This document shows, piece after piece, positions 46,897 to 56,522 of a stretch of 64,000 nt of DNA. The notes under the pieces were generated by a model. The model was not told the origin of the DNA. It made no database searches and saw only the letters and a program-made list of their open reading frames with translations. Every line of letters starts with the position of its first letter. The stretch's first letter is position 1. Made by a program: the position numbers and the translations under genes. Where the stretch lies: contig CAWDVE010000010.1 of assembly GCA_963805625.1 (NCBI GenBank), positions 864,001-928,000 of the forward strand, in the 5' to 3' direction. Origin of the DNA: an uncultured Candidatus Rokubacteria bacterium (GTDB lineage Bacteria > Methylomirabilota > Methylomirabilia > Rokubacteriales > DASRDR01).

Positions 46897-47800
46897 GACA
46901 GTGAGCCTGCCCGGGACGCCCGCTCCCGGAGAAGCCCTTCCCGGCGGCCCGGAGCTCGTCGCCCCGGCACGCCGCCGGGCGGCCTGGCGGCGCTCGCGCC
47001 AGGTTCTCGTCGCGGGTCCGATCGTCGGCCTGCTCCTCGTCGCGGCGGCGCTGGCCCCCCTCCTGGCGCGAACCGACCCCAACGTGCTGAACCCGCGCGC
47101 GAAGGCCCAGCCGCCGACGCTCGCCCATCCGCTGGGGACCGACGAGTTCGGCCGGGACCTGTGGAGCCGGCTGCTCCACGGAGCTCGCATCACGCTCGTG
47201 GTCGGGCTCTCCAGCGTCGCCGTCGCCGCCAGCCTCGGCACGCTCCTCGGAAGCGCCGCCGCCTACGCCCGCGGCCCCGTAGAGGCGACGATCATGCGGG
47301 TGATGGATGGCCTGCTGTGCTTCCCGCCGATCCTCCTGGGGATCTTCGTGGTGACGTTCCTCGGCCCCTCCCTGCGCAACCTGATCCTGGTGATCGGCGT
47401 CCTGTACGTCCCGCGCTTCACGCGCGTGGTGCACGCGAGCACGCTCGCGGTCCGGGAGCTCGAGTACGTCGAGAGCGCCCGGGCGCTCGGCGCGTCGGCG
47501 GTCCGGGTCGTGGGCGGGACCATCCTGCCGAACATCGTGGCGCCGATCCTGGTGCAGGCCTCGCTCGCCGCGGGTCACGCCATCCTGCTCGAGTCGGGCC
47601 TCTCGTTCCTGGGCCTGGGCCCGCCCCCGCCCACCCCGTCGTGGGGACGCATGGTCGAGCAGTCGGGGCGCTTCATGCAGCTCTCCGCCCTGCCCCTCCT
47701 CTGGCCGTCGGCGGCCATCTCGCTCACCGTCCTCGCGTTCAACGTACTGGGCGACGGGCTCCGCGACCTCCTGGACCCTCGCCTCCGCCGCGGCACCTGA
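46889..47800 (+). CDS. Peptide ABC permease (DppC-type)
   Basis: HPLGTDEFGRD, ESGLSFLGLG and PSWG motifs. Confidence 0.94.
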   Translation: MAETVSLPGTPAPGEALPGGPELVAPARRRAAWRRSRQVLVAGPIVGLLLVAAALAPLLARTDPNVLNPRAKAQPPTLAHPLGTDEFGRDLWSRLLHGARITLVVGLSSVAVAASLGTLLGSAAAYARGPVEATIMRVMDGLLCFPPILLGIFVVTFLGPSLRNLILVIGVLYVPRFTRVVHASTLAVRELEYVESARALGASAVRVVGGTILPNIVAPILVQASLAAGHAILLESGLSFLGLGPPPPTPSWGRMVEQSGRFMQLSALPLLWPSAAISLTVLAFNVLGDGLRDLLDPRLRRGT

Positions 47801-47959
47801 CGACCGGCGGCCTCACCGCGAGTCCACGCGCCGCCCGGACCGGGCACCCCTGACTCGCCGCCTGACTCCCCCGGCGGCGGCGATGCTATAGTCCCTGCCA
47901 CCGGACGGGAGCGAGACCCCCCCGATGTGCGTACAGGCCACTACAGTCAGGTACAGGGC

Positions 47960-48718
47960 ATGAGCTCGGAACCCTGGGACGCATTCTTCGATGCTCACTA
48001 CGTCCTCACCTACGCGCCCCTTCAGCCCGAAGACCGCTCCCGTGCCGAGGTACTCGCCGCGACGCGCCTGGCCGGACTCTCGACAGCCTTCCGGGTCCGG
48101 GACGTGCCATGCGGGTACGGCCGCCATGCGGTCCCACTTGCCGCCGAGGGCTACCGCGTCGTCGGTCTCGATCGATCGGTGACGCAGCTCGACGAGGCGC
48201 GACGCCGCCGGGGCGCGGCGAACGGGCTGCGGCTGGTCCGGGCGGACTACCGTGAGATCCCGCTCGCCACCGGCACCTTCGACGGGGCTTTGAACCTCCA
48301 CAGCTCGCTGGGCTATGCAGGCGACGAGGGAGACCGGGCCGTGCCGGGCGAGATCCGGCGTGTTCTGCGTCCCGGAGGCCGCCTCGTCATCGAGACGAAC
48401 CATCGCGACCGGCTGCCGCCGCGGAGCCCGCTACGCGAATGGTATCCCCTTGGAGACGGCGCCTTCCTTCTGACCGAGAGTCGGATCGAGAGTCGGATCG
48501 ACCGAGTGGGTGGCACGGTTGAGCTCACCCACACGTATCTGCCGGCTGGGGGTCTCCCGCATACCCGCACGATCCGCTGGCGAGCCTACTCGGCGACCGA
48601 GCTCTCCCGGATCCTCGTCGACGTGGGCTTCGGGGAGATCACCTGCTACGGGAACCTTGATGGCGGACCGTTCGCGCCCGACACGCGCCTCGTCATCGTG
48701 GCAGCCACACCGGCGTGA
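47960..48718 (+). CDS. Class I SAM-dependent methyltransferase (possibly degenerating)
   Basis: DVPCGYGRH, GLD, ADYR and LRPGG motifs; in-frame 12-bp duplication ESRI-ESRI. Confidence 0.82.
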   Translation: MSSEPWDAFFDAHYVLTYAPLQPEDRSRAEVLAATRLAGLSTAFRVRDVPCGYGRHAVPLAAEGYRVVGLDRSVTQLDEARRRRGAANGLRLVRADYREIPLATGTFDGALNLHSSLGYAGDEGDRAVPGEIRRVLRPGGRLVIETNHRDRLPPRSPLREWYPLGDGAFLLTESRIESRIDRVGGTVELTHTYLPAGGLPHTRTIRWRAYSATELSRILVDVGFGEITCYGNLDGGPFAPDTRLVIVAATPA

Positions 48719-48731
48719 CGGGCAGCGGCAC

Positions 48732-49292
48732 ATGACAGAGCCCGTGGCCCTCGAGACCCCCCGGCTCGCCCTACGCGAGTTCCGCGACAACGATGCCCCG
48801 GCCATTCATGCGTACGCGAGCGACGCCGAGGTCGTCCGATACCTCGACTGGGGGCCGAACACCCGCGAGGACACCGCGCAGTTCCTAGCCATGGGGCGGG
48901 CCGCCCGGGCCGCCCTCCCCCGAACCGCCTACCACCTGGCCATCGTCCTCACGGCCACCGGCCGCCTGGTCGGTGGCTGCCGCATCGAGATCCGCAATGC
49001 CGCCAACGGGGCCGGTGATCTCGGTTACGTCCTCGGCCGCCCCTACTGGGGCCAGGGCTACGCCACCGAGGCCACGCGCGCCCTCGTGGGATTCGGTTTC
49101 GAGAGCCTGGCCCTCCACCGAATCTGGGCCACGTGCGACGTTCGCAACGCGGCCTCGGCACGGGTCCTCGCGAAGCTCGGGATGAAGCGCGAGGGCCACC
49201 TCCGCCACGACGTCCGGCGGAAGGGCGAGTGGCGAGACTCCTACCTCTACGCCATCCTCGAGACGGAGTGGCCCGGACCGGAGCCGACCTAG
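48732..49292 (+). CDS. GNAT N-acetyltransferase, RimJ/RimL family
   Basis: LETPRLALRE, WGQGYATEA and NAASARVLAKLGM motifs. Confidence 0.92.
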   Translation: MTEPVALETPRLALREFRDNDAPAIHAYASDAEVVRYLDWGPNTREDTAQFLAMGRAARAALPRTAYHLAIVLTATGRLVGGCRIEIRNAANGAGDLGYVLGRPYWGQGYATEATRALVGFGFESLALHRIWATCDVRNAASARVLAKLGMKREGHLRHDVRRKGEWRDSYLYAILETEWPGPEPT

Positions 49293-49486
49293 TGGTTGGC
49301 GGTGCCCGTCACCGCCCGAAAGTCCGGGGGTCGCGATCCACGGGATGGCGGGAACCCGCCGGCCCTACCCCGTCCACGCGGAGTGCTTCACGCGTCTCAG
49401 AGCACGGGATGGACCGCTTCCTCTGTCTCTTGCCGCCTCTCCTCGGATCCTGAGGGTGACGCTCCTCGGCACCTCTCCGGGGTCAC

Positions 49487-49786
49487 TCACGATCCGAAGC
49501 CCTTGTAGCTCAGCACGGGTCTCAATCGACGTACAATCCGCGTCAGCTCCGACTGGGCGCGCATCACCCGGCCGATGTCCTTGTACGCGCCCGGCGCCTC
49601 GTCCCGCAATGCCTCCGCGCGCCGATGATCGAACCAGACGCCGCGCAGCTGCCGCTGAAGCTCGGTCACCCCGATGCGACGACGGGCCTGGGAGCGACTC
49701 ATCGCACGGCCCGCTCCGTGAGAGCTCGAAGAGAGGGACCGCTCACATCCTCGGCCCTCGACATGGAACGTCGGTGTACCAATAGA
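49487..49786 (-). pseudogene. rtcB: C-terminal remnant of RNA ligase RtcB
   Basis: SSHGAGRAMSR, DEAPGAYKDI and LRPVLSYKG motifs; most of the N-terminal protein is missing. Confidence 0.85.
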
Positions 49787-49858
49787 CGGACCAACAGCGA
49801 GAGGGCTCCGCACGGCCGTTCGGAGCCGGACGCGTCGGCGATCTCGGCCCGTCCGGCC

Positions 49859-50632
49859 CTACCGCGTCCGGGCGTAGTGCTCGACGCGGCGCTCCAGGCG
49901 GGCGATCACCTCCGACACCGCGTACGCGAACGAGAACACCACGATCACCAGCGCCCAGAACTCCTCGAACAGGAAGTTCTGCGAGTAGGTCTCGAACAGC
50001 TCCCCCACCCCGAGGATCGCGATCAGGAGCTGGCCGATGACGACACCCTTGACGCCGCGGATGGCGCCGAGGCGGAGGCCGGCGAGGATCTCCGGCAGGG
50101 CGGCGGGGAGCAGGATCTTCCGGTAGAGGTCACCGCGCCCGGCACCGAAGCAGGAGGCCATCTCGACGAGCGAGCGGCCCACCTGCCGGACGCCCACCTC
50201 GGTGTCGAGCACGATCACGAACACCGCAAACAGGAACACGGTCACCACGACCGTCGTCTGCCCGATACCCACGACGGCCATCAGCAGGGGGACCAGCGCC
50301 GAGACCGGTGCGCTCACGAACACGTTGACCCAGACCCGGAGGATCCGCCCGACGGTCTCGGAACGGGCCATCAGGATCCCCACCGGGATGCCGACGGCGA
50401 TGGCCAGCACCATGCCCAGGGCGAATGCGCGCAGCGAGATCCAGGCCGCGCCCGCGAACTTGGCGGACGTCACCACGGTCGCCCCGCTCGCCACCACCCG
50501 GCTGAGCGGCGGAACGATCGACACGACCCCCCCCCGCCCGACCGCTTCCCACACGAGGCACCAGACGGCGAGCGCCGCCGCCGTCAGGAGCGGGGAGCGG
50601 CCCGAATCGGTCTCCGGCGCCTCACCCCACAT
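49859..50632 (-). CDS. NitT/TauT ABC permease
   Basis: EMASCFGA, LPAALP and GLRLG motifs. Confidence 0.9.
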   Translation of the reverse strand: MWGEAPETDSGRSPLLTAAALAVWCLVWEAVGRGGVVSIVPPLSRVVASGATVVTSAKFAGAAWISLRAFALGMVLAIAVGIPVGILMARSETVGRILRVWVNVFVSAPVSALVPLLMAVVGIGQTTVVVTVFLFAVFVIVLDTEVGVRQVGRSLVEMASCFGAGRGDLYRKILLPAALPEILAGLRLGAIRGVKGVVIGQLLIAILGVGELFETYSQNFLFEEFWALVIVVFSFAYAVSEVIARLERRVEHYARTR

Positions 50633-51386
50633 GCTGCTTGAGCACCTGCCAGATCTCGTCCACGGCGTCCAGGTAGCCCTTGTCGCGGCGGATCTCGTCG
50701 GGGCTCCGGCGCCCCCGGTCCACGCTTGGCTGGACCACCCGGTGGACCGTCCCCGGTCGGGGTGTCAGCAGCACGATCTGGTCGGACAGGTAGACGGCCT
50801 CCTCGATGCTGTGGGTCACGAAAATCACCGTCTTCCCACGGTCGCGGAGGAGGAGCAGGAGGTCCTCCTGGAACTTTCGCCGGGTCTGCTCGTCGACGGC
50901 CGAGAACGGCTCGTCCATGAGGATGATCTCGGCGTCCACCGCCAGGGCCCGCGCGAGCCCCACGCGCTGCCGCATCCCGCCGGAGAGCTGGTGCGGGTAG
51001 CTCTGCTCGAATCCGGCGAGGCCAACCTCGGCGGTCCAGCGGCGCGCCGTCTCCTCGCGCGCCTCGCGCGGCTCGCCGCGCAGCTCCAGGCCGAACGCCA
51101 CGTTCCGGAGCACGGTGGCCCAGGGGAGCAGCGCGAAGTCCTGGAAGACGAACGCCCGCTCCGGGCCCGGGCCCTCGACGCGCCGCCCCCCGACCCGCAC
51201 CTCGCCGACCGTCGGCTGGATCAGGCCCGCGACGATCTTCAGCAGCGTGGTCTTGCCGCACCCGCTGGGGCCCAGGAGCGTGGTCAGCCGCCCCCTCGGG
51301 AAGGTGACGGCAACGTCCCGGAGGGCTTCGACGCCCGTCGCGTACCGTTTGCCCACCCCGCGAACCTCGACCGCCGCGTCGGTCAT
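50622..51386 (-). CDS. NitT/TauT ABC ATP-binding protein
   Basis: GPSGCGKT, LSGGMRQR, MDEPF and VTH motifs. Confidence 0.95.
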   Translation of the reverse strand: MTDAAVEVRGVGKRYATGVEALRDVAVTFPRGRLTTLLGPSGCGKTTLLKIVAGLIQPTVGEVRVGGRRVEGPGPERAFVFQDFALLPWATVLRNVAFGLELRGEPREAREETARRWTAEVGLAGFEQSYPHQLSGGMRQRVGLARALAVDAEIILMDEPFSAVDEQTRRKFQEDLLLLLRDRGKTVIFVTHSIEEAVYLSDQIVLLTPRPGTVHRVVQPSVDRGRRSPDEIRRDKGYLDAVDEIWQVLKQHVG

Positions 51387-51390
51387 GTCG

Positions 51391-52149
51391 TCAGCCCCGA
51401 ATCTCCGGCGGGAAGATCCGCCGCTCGACGCGTTCCAGGCCGTGGATCGTCAGCGCCCCGAGCGCGATGATCGAGGCGATCGCCGCGAACATCTCCGGGT
51501 AGTCGGCCACTGACGAATGATAGGTGATCAGGTCGCCGATGCCCGTGGGCGTGATCAGGAGCTCGGCGATCACGACCCCGATGAACCCCATCGCCACCCC
51601 CAGGCGGAGCCCCACGAAGATGAGCCCTCCCGCGTGCGGCAGGACGATCTTCCACACCGCTTGCCGACGCGTCCCGAGGAACGCCCGGCACATCTCAAGG
51701 AGCGACGGCGAGGTGTTGCGGATCCCCTTGTACGAGTTCATCGCGATCACGGGAACCGCCAGGACGGTCACCGCCAGAACCTTGGCGGTCAGGCCGATGC
51801 CGTACACGTACGTGATCATGGGGATGATCGCGGCCATCGGGGCGGCCTGGGCGATCACGAACAGCGGCAAGGTCAGCCACTCCACCGAGCGGCTCAGGCC
51901 CATGGCCACCCCGGCCCCGACCCCCAGCGTCGCCGAGATGGCGACGCCGATCACGAGCGGCTGGAGCGTGGACGCGTATGCTCGCACGAACGAGCCGTCC
52001 AGAGTCATCCGCCCGAACGCCAGCGCGGTCTGGCTGAACGGGGGAAAAGCGGGGCTCACGGGCCACCGCCCCGCCCATTCCCAGGCCGCGAAGGCGAGCA
52101 GGAACGACGCGCCGACCCAGAAGGCCCGGCGCGCCGTCCAGTCCGTCAC
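51391..52149 (-). CDS. NitT/TauT ABC permease
   Basis: EMCRAF, GLRLG and AELL..TGIG motifs. Confidence 0.9.
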   Translation of the reverse strand: MTDWTARRAFWVGASFLLAFAAWEWAGRWPVSPAFPPFSQTALAFGRMTLDGSFVRAYASTLQPLVIGVAISATLGVGAGVAMGLSRSVEWLTLPLFVIAQAAPMAAIIPMITYVYGIGLTAKVLAVTVLAVPVIAMNSYKGIRNTSPSLLEMCRAFLGTRRQAVWKIVLPHAGGLIFVGLRLGVAMGFIGVVIAELLITPTGIGDLITYHSSVADYPEMFAAIASIIALGALTIHGLERVERRIFPPEIRG

Positions 52150-52156
52150 GCGCGGA

Positions 52157-53149
52157 TCAGGATCCCAGGCGCCCCAGCGCCGCCTTGAGCGGCGCGAAGT
52201 ACCAGAAGTCCGCGGCCTTTACCCCGTCGCCCTTGATCTGACCGGCCAGGGCGAAGAACTCGAGGTCGTTGGCCGCGGCCCGCTCGCCGCCACCGTCCCC
52301 GGGGAAGATCCCGCCCTGAACGCCTTCCTGGTAATAAGGCAGGACCTCCGCCTCCATCTTCTCGGGCAGGTCCTTCAGCAACCCGAGGCGCTTCCGCTCC
52401 TCGACGGCGAAGGCCGGATTCGCGTTGATCGCGCGCGTCGCCTTCAGCAGCTCCTCCACGAGCACCGCGACCCCCGCCTGGTTCTTCTCGAGGAAGGCCG
52501 TGGTCGCGAAGAGCGCCTCGTCGCTCGCCTTGAGCTCACCGAGGGGCAGGATCACGAACCGGTCCGGCGCCTCCTTCATGACGTAACTCTTGTTCGGCGC
52601 GTCCAGGATCGTCGCCTTGATCGTGCCCTTCAACAGGGCGAGGGCCCGAACCTGCGATCCCGGCACGTAGCTGATGCTCTTGTACGTGATACCGTGCTGC
52701 TTGGCGGCCAGGACCATGATGGCCTCGGTCCCAGAGCCGCGGGCGTGGACCGCCAGATCCTGACCGTCGAGGTCTTTCCACGTCTTGTAATGCTCCTTGC
52801 TGACGATCGGGAAGAACTGCAGGGTGCTGAGCTGGTAGAAGAACCGGATCGGCACCGTGACCTTCTGAAGCGCCGCATAGGGCGTCCCCTGGCCGACGTC
52901 GGCCTGCCCGTTGATGACGGCCTGGGTGGCGATCTCCTCGCTCTTGAACGGGGTGATCTCGACCTCGACCCCGCGGGCCTTGGACCGCTCCGCCGCGATC
53001 AGAAGCGGCAGGTCGTCGATCCCGACGACGTCGCCCAGCGCGTAGCGGATCTTCGTAGTCCCCTGGGCAGAAACGCTCCCGGCCATGATGCCGAGCACCC
53101 CGGCCAGGGCAATGACGGCGATGGACAACCGGCGGGTCCGCACTCGCAT
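52157..53149 (-). CDS. NitT/TauT (SsuA/THI5-like) solute-binding protein
   Basis: Signal peptide; KDLDG..AV..GSGT motif; operon context. Confidence 0.87.
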   Translation of the reverse strand: MRVRTRRLSIAVIALAGVLGIMAGSVSAQGTTKIRYALGDVVGIDDLPLLIAAERSKARGVEVEITPFKSEEIATQAVINGQADVGQGTPYAALQKVTVPIRFFYQLSTLQFFPIVSKEHYKTWKDLDGQDLAVHARGSGTEAIMVLAAKQHGITYKSISYVPGSQVRALALLKGTIKATILDAPNKSYVMKEAPDRFVILPLGELKASDEALFATTAFLEKNQAGVAVLVEELLKATRAINANPAFAVEERKRLGLLKDLPEKMEAEVLPYYQEGVQGGIFPGDGGGERAAANDLEFFALAGQIKGDGVKAADFWYFAPLKAALGRLGS

Positions 53150-53225
53150 GGCTTCCCTCCTCGTGACGATGTGGATCCGTCGAGCCGCCGCGACCCTCCG
53201 GCGGCGGCTGGTGAGACCGCGACTC

Positions 53226-53912
53226 CTAGACGACGCGCACCGTGAGCGTCCCTACGCCCTCGACGGCGCCCTTCAGCACGTCACCCCGCTCGACCGGGCC
53301 CACGCCGGCCGGGGTGCCCGTGAAGATGAGGTCGCCCGGCGCCAGCGTGAAGAGCGTGGAGAGGTAGGCGATCATCTCCGGGATCTTCCAGATCAGCTGG
53401 GCCAGATCCCCGCGCTGTCGCGTCGCCCCGTTGACCTCCAGCCAGACGGCGCCCTTCGTGGGGTGGCCGATCTCCGACGCGCGACGAACGGCGGAGCAGG
53501 GCGCCGAGCCGTCGAATGCCTTGCCGGTGTCCCACGGCCGGCCCATCTTCTTCGCCTCCGCCTGGAGGTCCCGCCGGGTCATGTCGAGCCCCACGGCGTA
53601 GCCGTACACGAGGTCCAGGCCGCGTGCGGCGGGAACCTCGGCGCCTCCCGAGCCCAGCGCGACGACGAGCTCGAGCTCATGGTGCACGTCCGAGCTGTGC
53701 GAGGGATACGCGAAGTCCTTCCCGTCGGTGACGATGGCGTCCGCGGGCTTCATGAAGAAGAACGGCGGCTCGCGGTCGGGATCGTGGCCCATCTCCCGCG
53801 CGTGCTCGGCGTAGTTGCGGCCCACGCAGTAGATCCGATGGACGGGGAAACACCCGCGGGTACCCTCGACGGCCAGGGAGGGGGTCGGCGGTACAGGAAT
53901 CACGTACTCCAT
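53226..53912 (-). CDS. Fumarylacetoacetate hydrolase family (fumarylpyruvate hydrolase-like)
   Basis: [23 protein letters not shown] and [12 protein letters not shown] motifs. Confidence 0.92.
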   Translation of the reverse strand: MEYVIPVPPTPSLAVEGTRGCFPVHRIYCVGRNYAEHAREMGHDPDREPPFFFMKPADAIVTDGKDFAYPSHSSDVHHELELVVALGSGGAEVPAARGLDLVYGYAVGLDMTRRDLQAEAKKMGRPWDTGKAFDGSAPCSAVRRASEIGHPTKGAVWLEVNGATRQRGDLAQLIWKIPEMIAYLSTLFTLAPGDLIFTGTPAGVGPVERGDVLKGAVEGVGTLTVRVV

Positions 53913-54011
53913 GCGGCTCCTCCAGGAAATGGTCGGCCGAGGCCTCGGCGGGGCTCTCCATTCATTATCATATTGCCTGGCCCAGCGCGCCAGAGCGCCG
54001 GACGGCTGGCG

Positions 54012-54489
54012 CTACTTCCGGGTCGGGACCGCGCGCAGCTCCTCGACGGTCTTCCGCGTCTTCCAGGCGGCCAAGTCGCCATCGTCAAAGAGGAGCTCCA
54101 CGCCGTACCTCTGATAAACCCAGATATCCAAGGGACGCCGCCCTTCCAATACGCTCCCTCGCGTTTCGCGACCCCACTGCGCCTCCAACTCGCGATCGGA
54201 GCCGATCGGTATCACCCGATCCGGCTCTCCCCATCGATTCCGGAAGGCCTTCTGACCGATGTCCACGCGAAGGAGCCCTTGCTCGAGCGACTGCAGTCCG
54301 CTACCGGCCGCGTACGGCTCGGCCGTCGTCTGCGGTTGGGGAATCACCCGGAGTTGATCGACGCTGCGATCCGTCGCGAAGTGATAGCTGACCGCCCGAA
54401 GCGCACGCCGCCAGAGCGCCCATCAGCACGATGAGGAGCGTCTGGCGGACATCCGGACATCGGGTCCGGCACGGACTCGCGAATTCCAT
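54012..54489 (-). CDS. Hypothetical lipoprotein, apparent frameshift at about 54396
   Basis: GGAGG RBS and signal RQTLLIVLMGALAAC in one frame; mature domain (AVSYHFATDRS...WGEPD..WVY) in the next frame. Confidence 0.55.
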
Positions 54490-54584
54490 GGACCCTCCGG
54501 TTGCTACGAGTGGGTGTCCGCCTTGGCCCGATTCGGCGCCACCACTATCGCACACACCAGGCAGCCAGGGGGCGTCGGGTAGCG

Positions 54585-55379
54585 CTACCGGGCGGGCTCC
54601 TTCCCTCGGAGCACGCCGAGATACTCCACGATCGCGCGCCGGGCCAAGCCTCCGAAGTTCATGGTGATCAGCCGCACGCCGCGCTGGCTCATGGCCCGTG
54701 CCTCGTCTCCGGTCGCCGCCGGGTACATCACGACCTTCCCCGCCCCGAGCGTGAGGTCGATTGCCCGGTCGACCAGCCGCCGCACCTCGGGGTGCATAGT
54801 GGCCCCGCCAAAGTACTGGCGCCCGAGGGTGAGCGCCATGTCGCCGGCCCCGACGAAGCAGCCGTCCAGGCCATCGACCCGGAGGATCTCCGGCAAGGCC
54901 TCGACGGCGCGCGGCTCCTCGATGAGCCCGAGGCACAGTACCTCGCGATCCGACTGCTCGAGGTGCTCGAGCGGCGTCTGGGTGAAGCCGTAGCCCGCCG
55001 CCCTGCTTGAGCTCGCCGCGCCGCGGATCCCCCGCGGCGGGTATCGGCACGCGCGGACAAGCCCTTCGGCATCGGCCGCGTTGTTACAGTGCGGGAGGAT
55101 GAGGCCCTCAACGCCAGCGTCGAGGTAGCGGAGAAGCAGCGAAGGTTCGCCGTTCGGGACGCGCAGGAGCGCTGTCGCGCCCGCGCCCTGGGCGGCGCGG
55201 GCCAGGTTGCGGACCCCCTGAGGATCGACGCCGGCGTGCTCACCGTCCGCGATCAGGAAGTCGAAGCCCGCAAACGCGCAGAATTCGAATAGCTCCGGCG
55301 ACCAGAACTCCTGGAACAGCGGCCCCACGCACGTCTGGCCACCGGCGAGCTTCTCGCGGAGTCGGTTCGGGCGCGCCAT
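54585..55379 (-). CDS. HpcH/HpaI class II aldolase (second copy)
   Basis: DGEH, LRVP, RYPPRGIRG, IEE and GAGDM motifs. Confidence 0.9.
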   Translation of the reverse strand: MARPNRLREKLAGGQTCVGPLFQEFWSPELFEFCAFAGFDFLIADGEHAGVDPQGVRNLARAAQGAGATALLRVPNGEPSLLLRYLDAGVEGLILPHCNNAADAEGLVRACRYPPRGIRGAASSSRAAGYGFTQTPLEHLEQSDREVLCLGLIEEPRAVEALPEILRVDGLDGCFVGAGDMALTLGRQYFGGATMHPEVRRLVDRAIDLTLGAGKVVMYPAATGDEARAMSQRGVRLITMNFGGLARRAIVEYLGVLRGKEPAR

Positions 55380-55390
55380 GGGTCGTGCGC

Positions 55391-56398
55391 CTATCCGGAC
55401 AGACGCGCGCGCAGGTCGCGCACCGTATAGCGACCGGGGCGCTCCCGCAACCGGGCCATCTCGGTGATGAGCTCGAGCAGGAGCCGGCTGTAGGGCGTGG
55501 GCACGCCGTGCGCGTCGCCGAGTCTCACGATCTCGCCGTTGAACCAGTCCGCTTCGACCTGGCCGCCCCCGTGATAGAGGTCCTGCCAGAGCGACGGCCG
55601 GTGCTTGGGCTCCTCCTCGGCCGGCACGGTCACCCCCGTCACGGGCCCGCGGAGGTCCTGGATGCGCTTCTCCACCGAGCCGAGACCCGGTGGTCCCTCG
55701 AACCGGATGCCGGCCGCGCGCAGGACGCGGACGCCCTCGTCGTAGACGTCGGCCATCCAGGCGCGCACTTCCGGGTCGGACTGGGCCTCCTGACCTGACA
55801 GGCCGAGCAGCCCGAAGGTGGCGTTGTTGAGGTTGACCGCCATCTTGTTCCACTTGTGAACGGCGATCTCTTCGGTCGTGTACGAGGGAATGTCGGTCTT
55901 CGCGACGGCCTGGGCCACCTCTCGCGCCGCGTCGGAGAGGCCAGACGGCCAAGTCCCGAAGCCGAGCAGGCCCGCGCTCGTGTGGACGACCTCCCCCGCC
56001 ACGAGACGCTTCGCGCCGATCATCACCATGACCCCGTGCACCGCCCGGAAGTAGCGCGCCGCCATCTCCTCGTTCCGGATTCCGTTCTGGGCGCAGAAGA
56101 TCGGCAGATCGAGCGGGGTCACCCGCCGGAGCGCGTGCATCGTCGCGTCGGTGTGGTAGGACTTGACGGAGCAGACGACGATGTCACCGTCGCGGAAGGA
56201 AACGGCTCCGACATCGGTCACAGCCGGGACACGCAGGATGTGGTGACCGTGGACGCCGCGCAGGTGGAGGCCGTGCCGGTTGATCGCCTCCATGTGCTCC
56301 CGAAGCGGGTCCACGAAGACCACGTCGAATCCGGCCTTGGCGAGCTGGCCGCCCACCACACCGCCGATGGCACCAGCCCCGAGCATCACGAAGCGCAT
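55391..56398 (-). CDS. Ketopantoate reductase (PanE/ApbA) family
   Basis: GAGAIGG, VKS, QNG, KWNK..N and SLWQD..E..NG motifs. Confidence 0.88.
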   Translation of the reverse strand: MRFVMLGAGAIGGVVGGQLAKAGFDVVFVDPLREHMEAINRHGLHLRGVHGHHILRVPAVTDVGAVSFRDGDIVVCSVKSYHTDATMHALRRVTPLDLPIFCAQNGIRNEEMAARYFRAVHGVMVMIGAKRLVAGEVVHTSAGLLGFGTWPSGLSDAAREVAQAVAKTDIPSYTTEEIAVHKWNKMAVNLNNATFGLLGLSGQEAQSDPEVRAWMADVYDEGVRVLRAAGIRFEGPPGLGSVEKRIQDLRGPVTGVTVPAEEEPKHRPSLWQDLYHGGGQVEADWFNGEIVRLGDAHGVPTPYSRLLLELITEMARLRERPGRYTVRDLRARLSG

Positions 56399-56522
56399 CG
56401 ACCCTCCTATAGCTTCCGGACCGTCACTCGGCGCACATCACGCCGCGGCAACGGCACGAAGAGCGACGTGGGCTGATCGTCCAATGGTGGGGGTGAGTGG
56501 CGCTGGGCACCCGCCGCGCCTC

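Noticed and set aside
49293-49486. HepT/DUF86 remnant or structured ncRNA downstream of the rtcB fragment
   Set aside because: Only a loose GEAA...IPW resemblance with a stop and wrong spacing, and the short hairpins are expected at this GC content.
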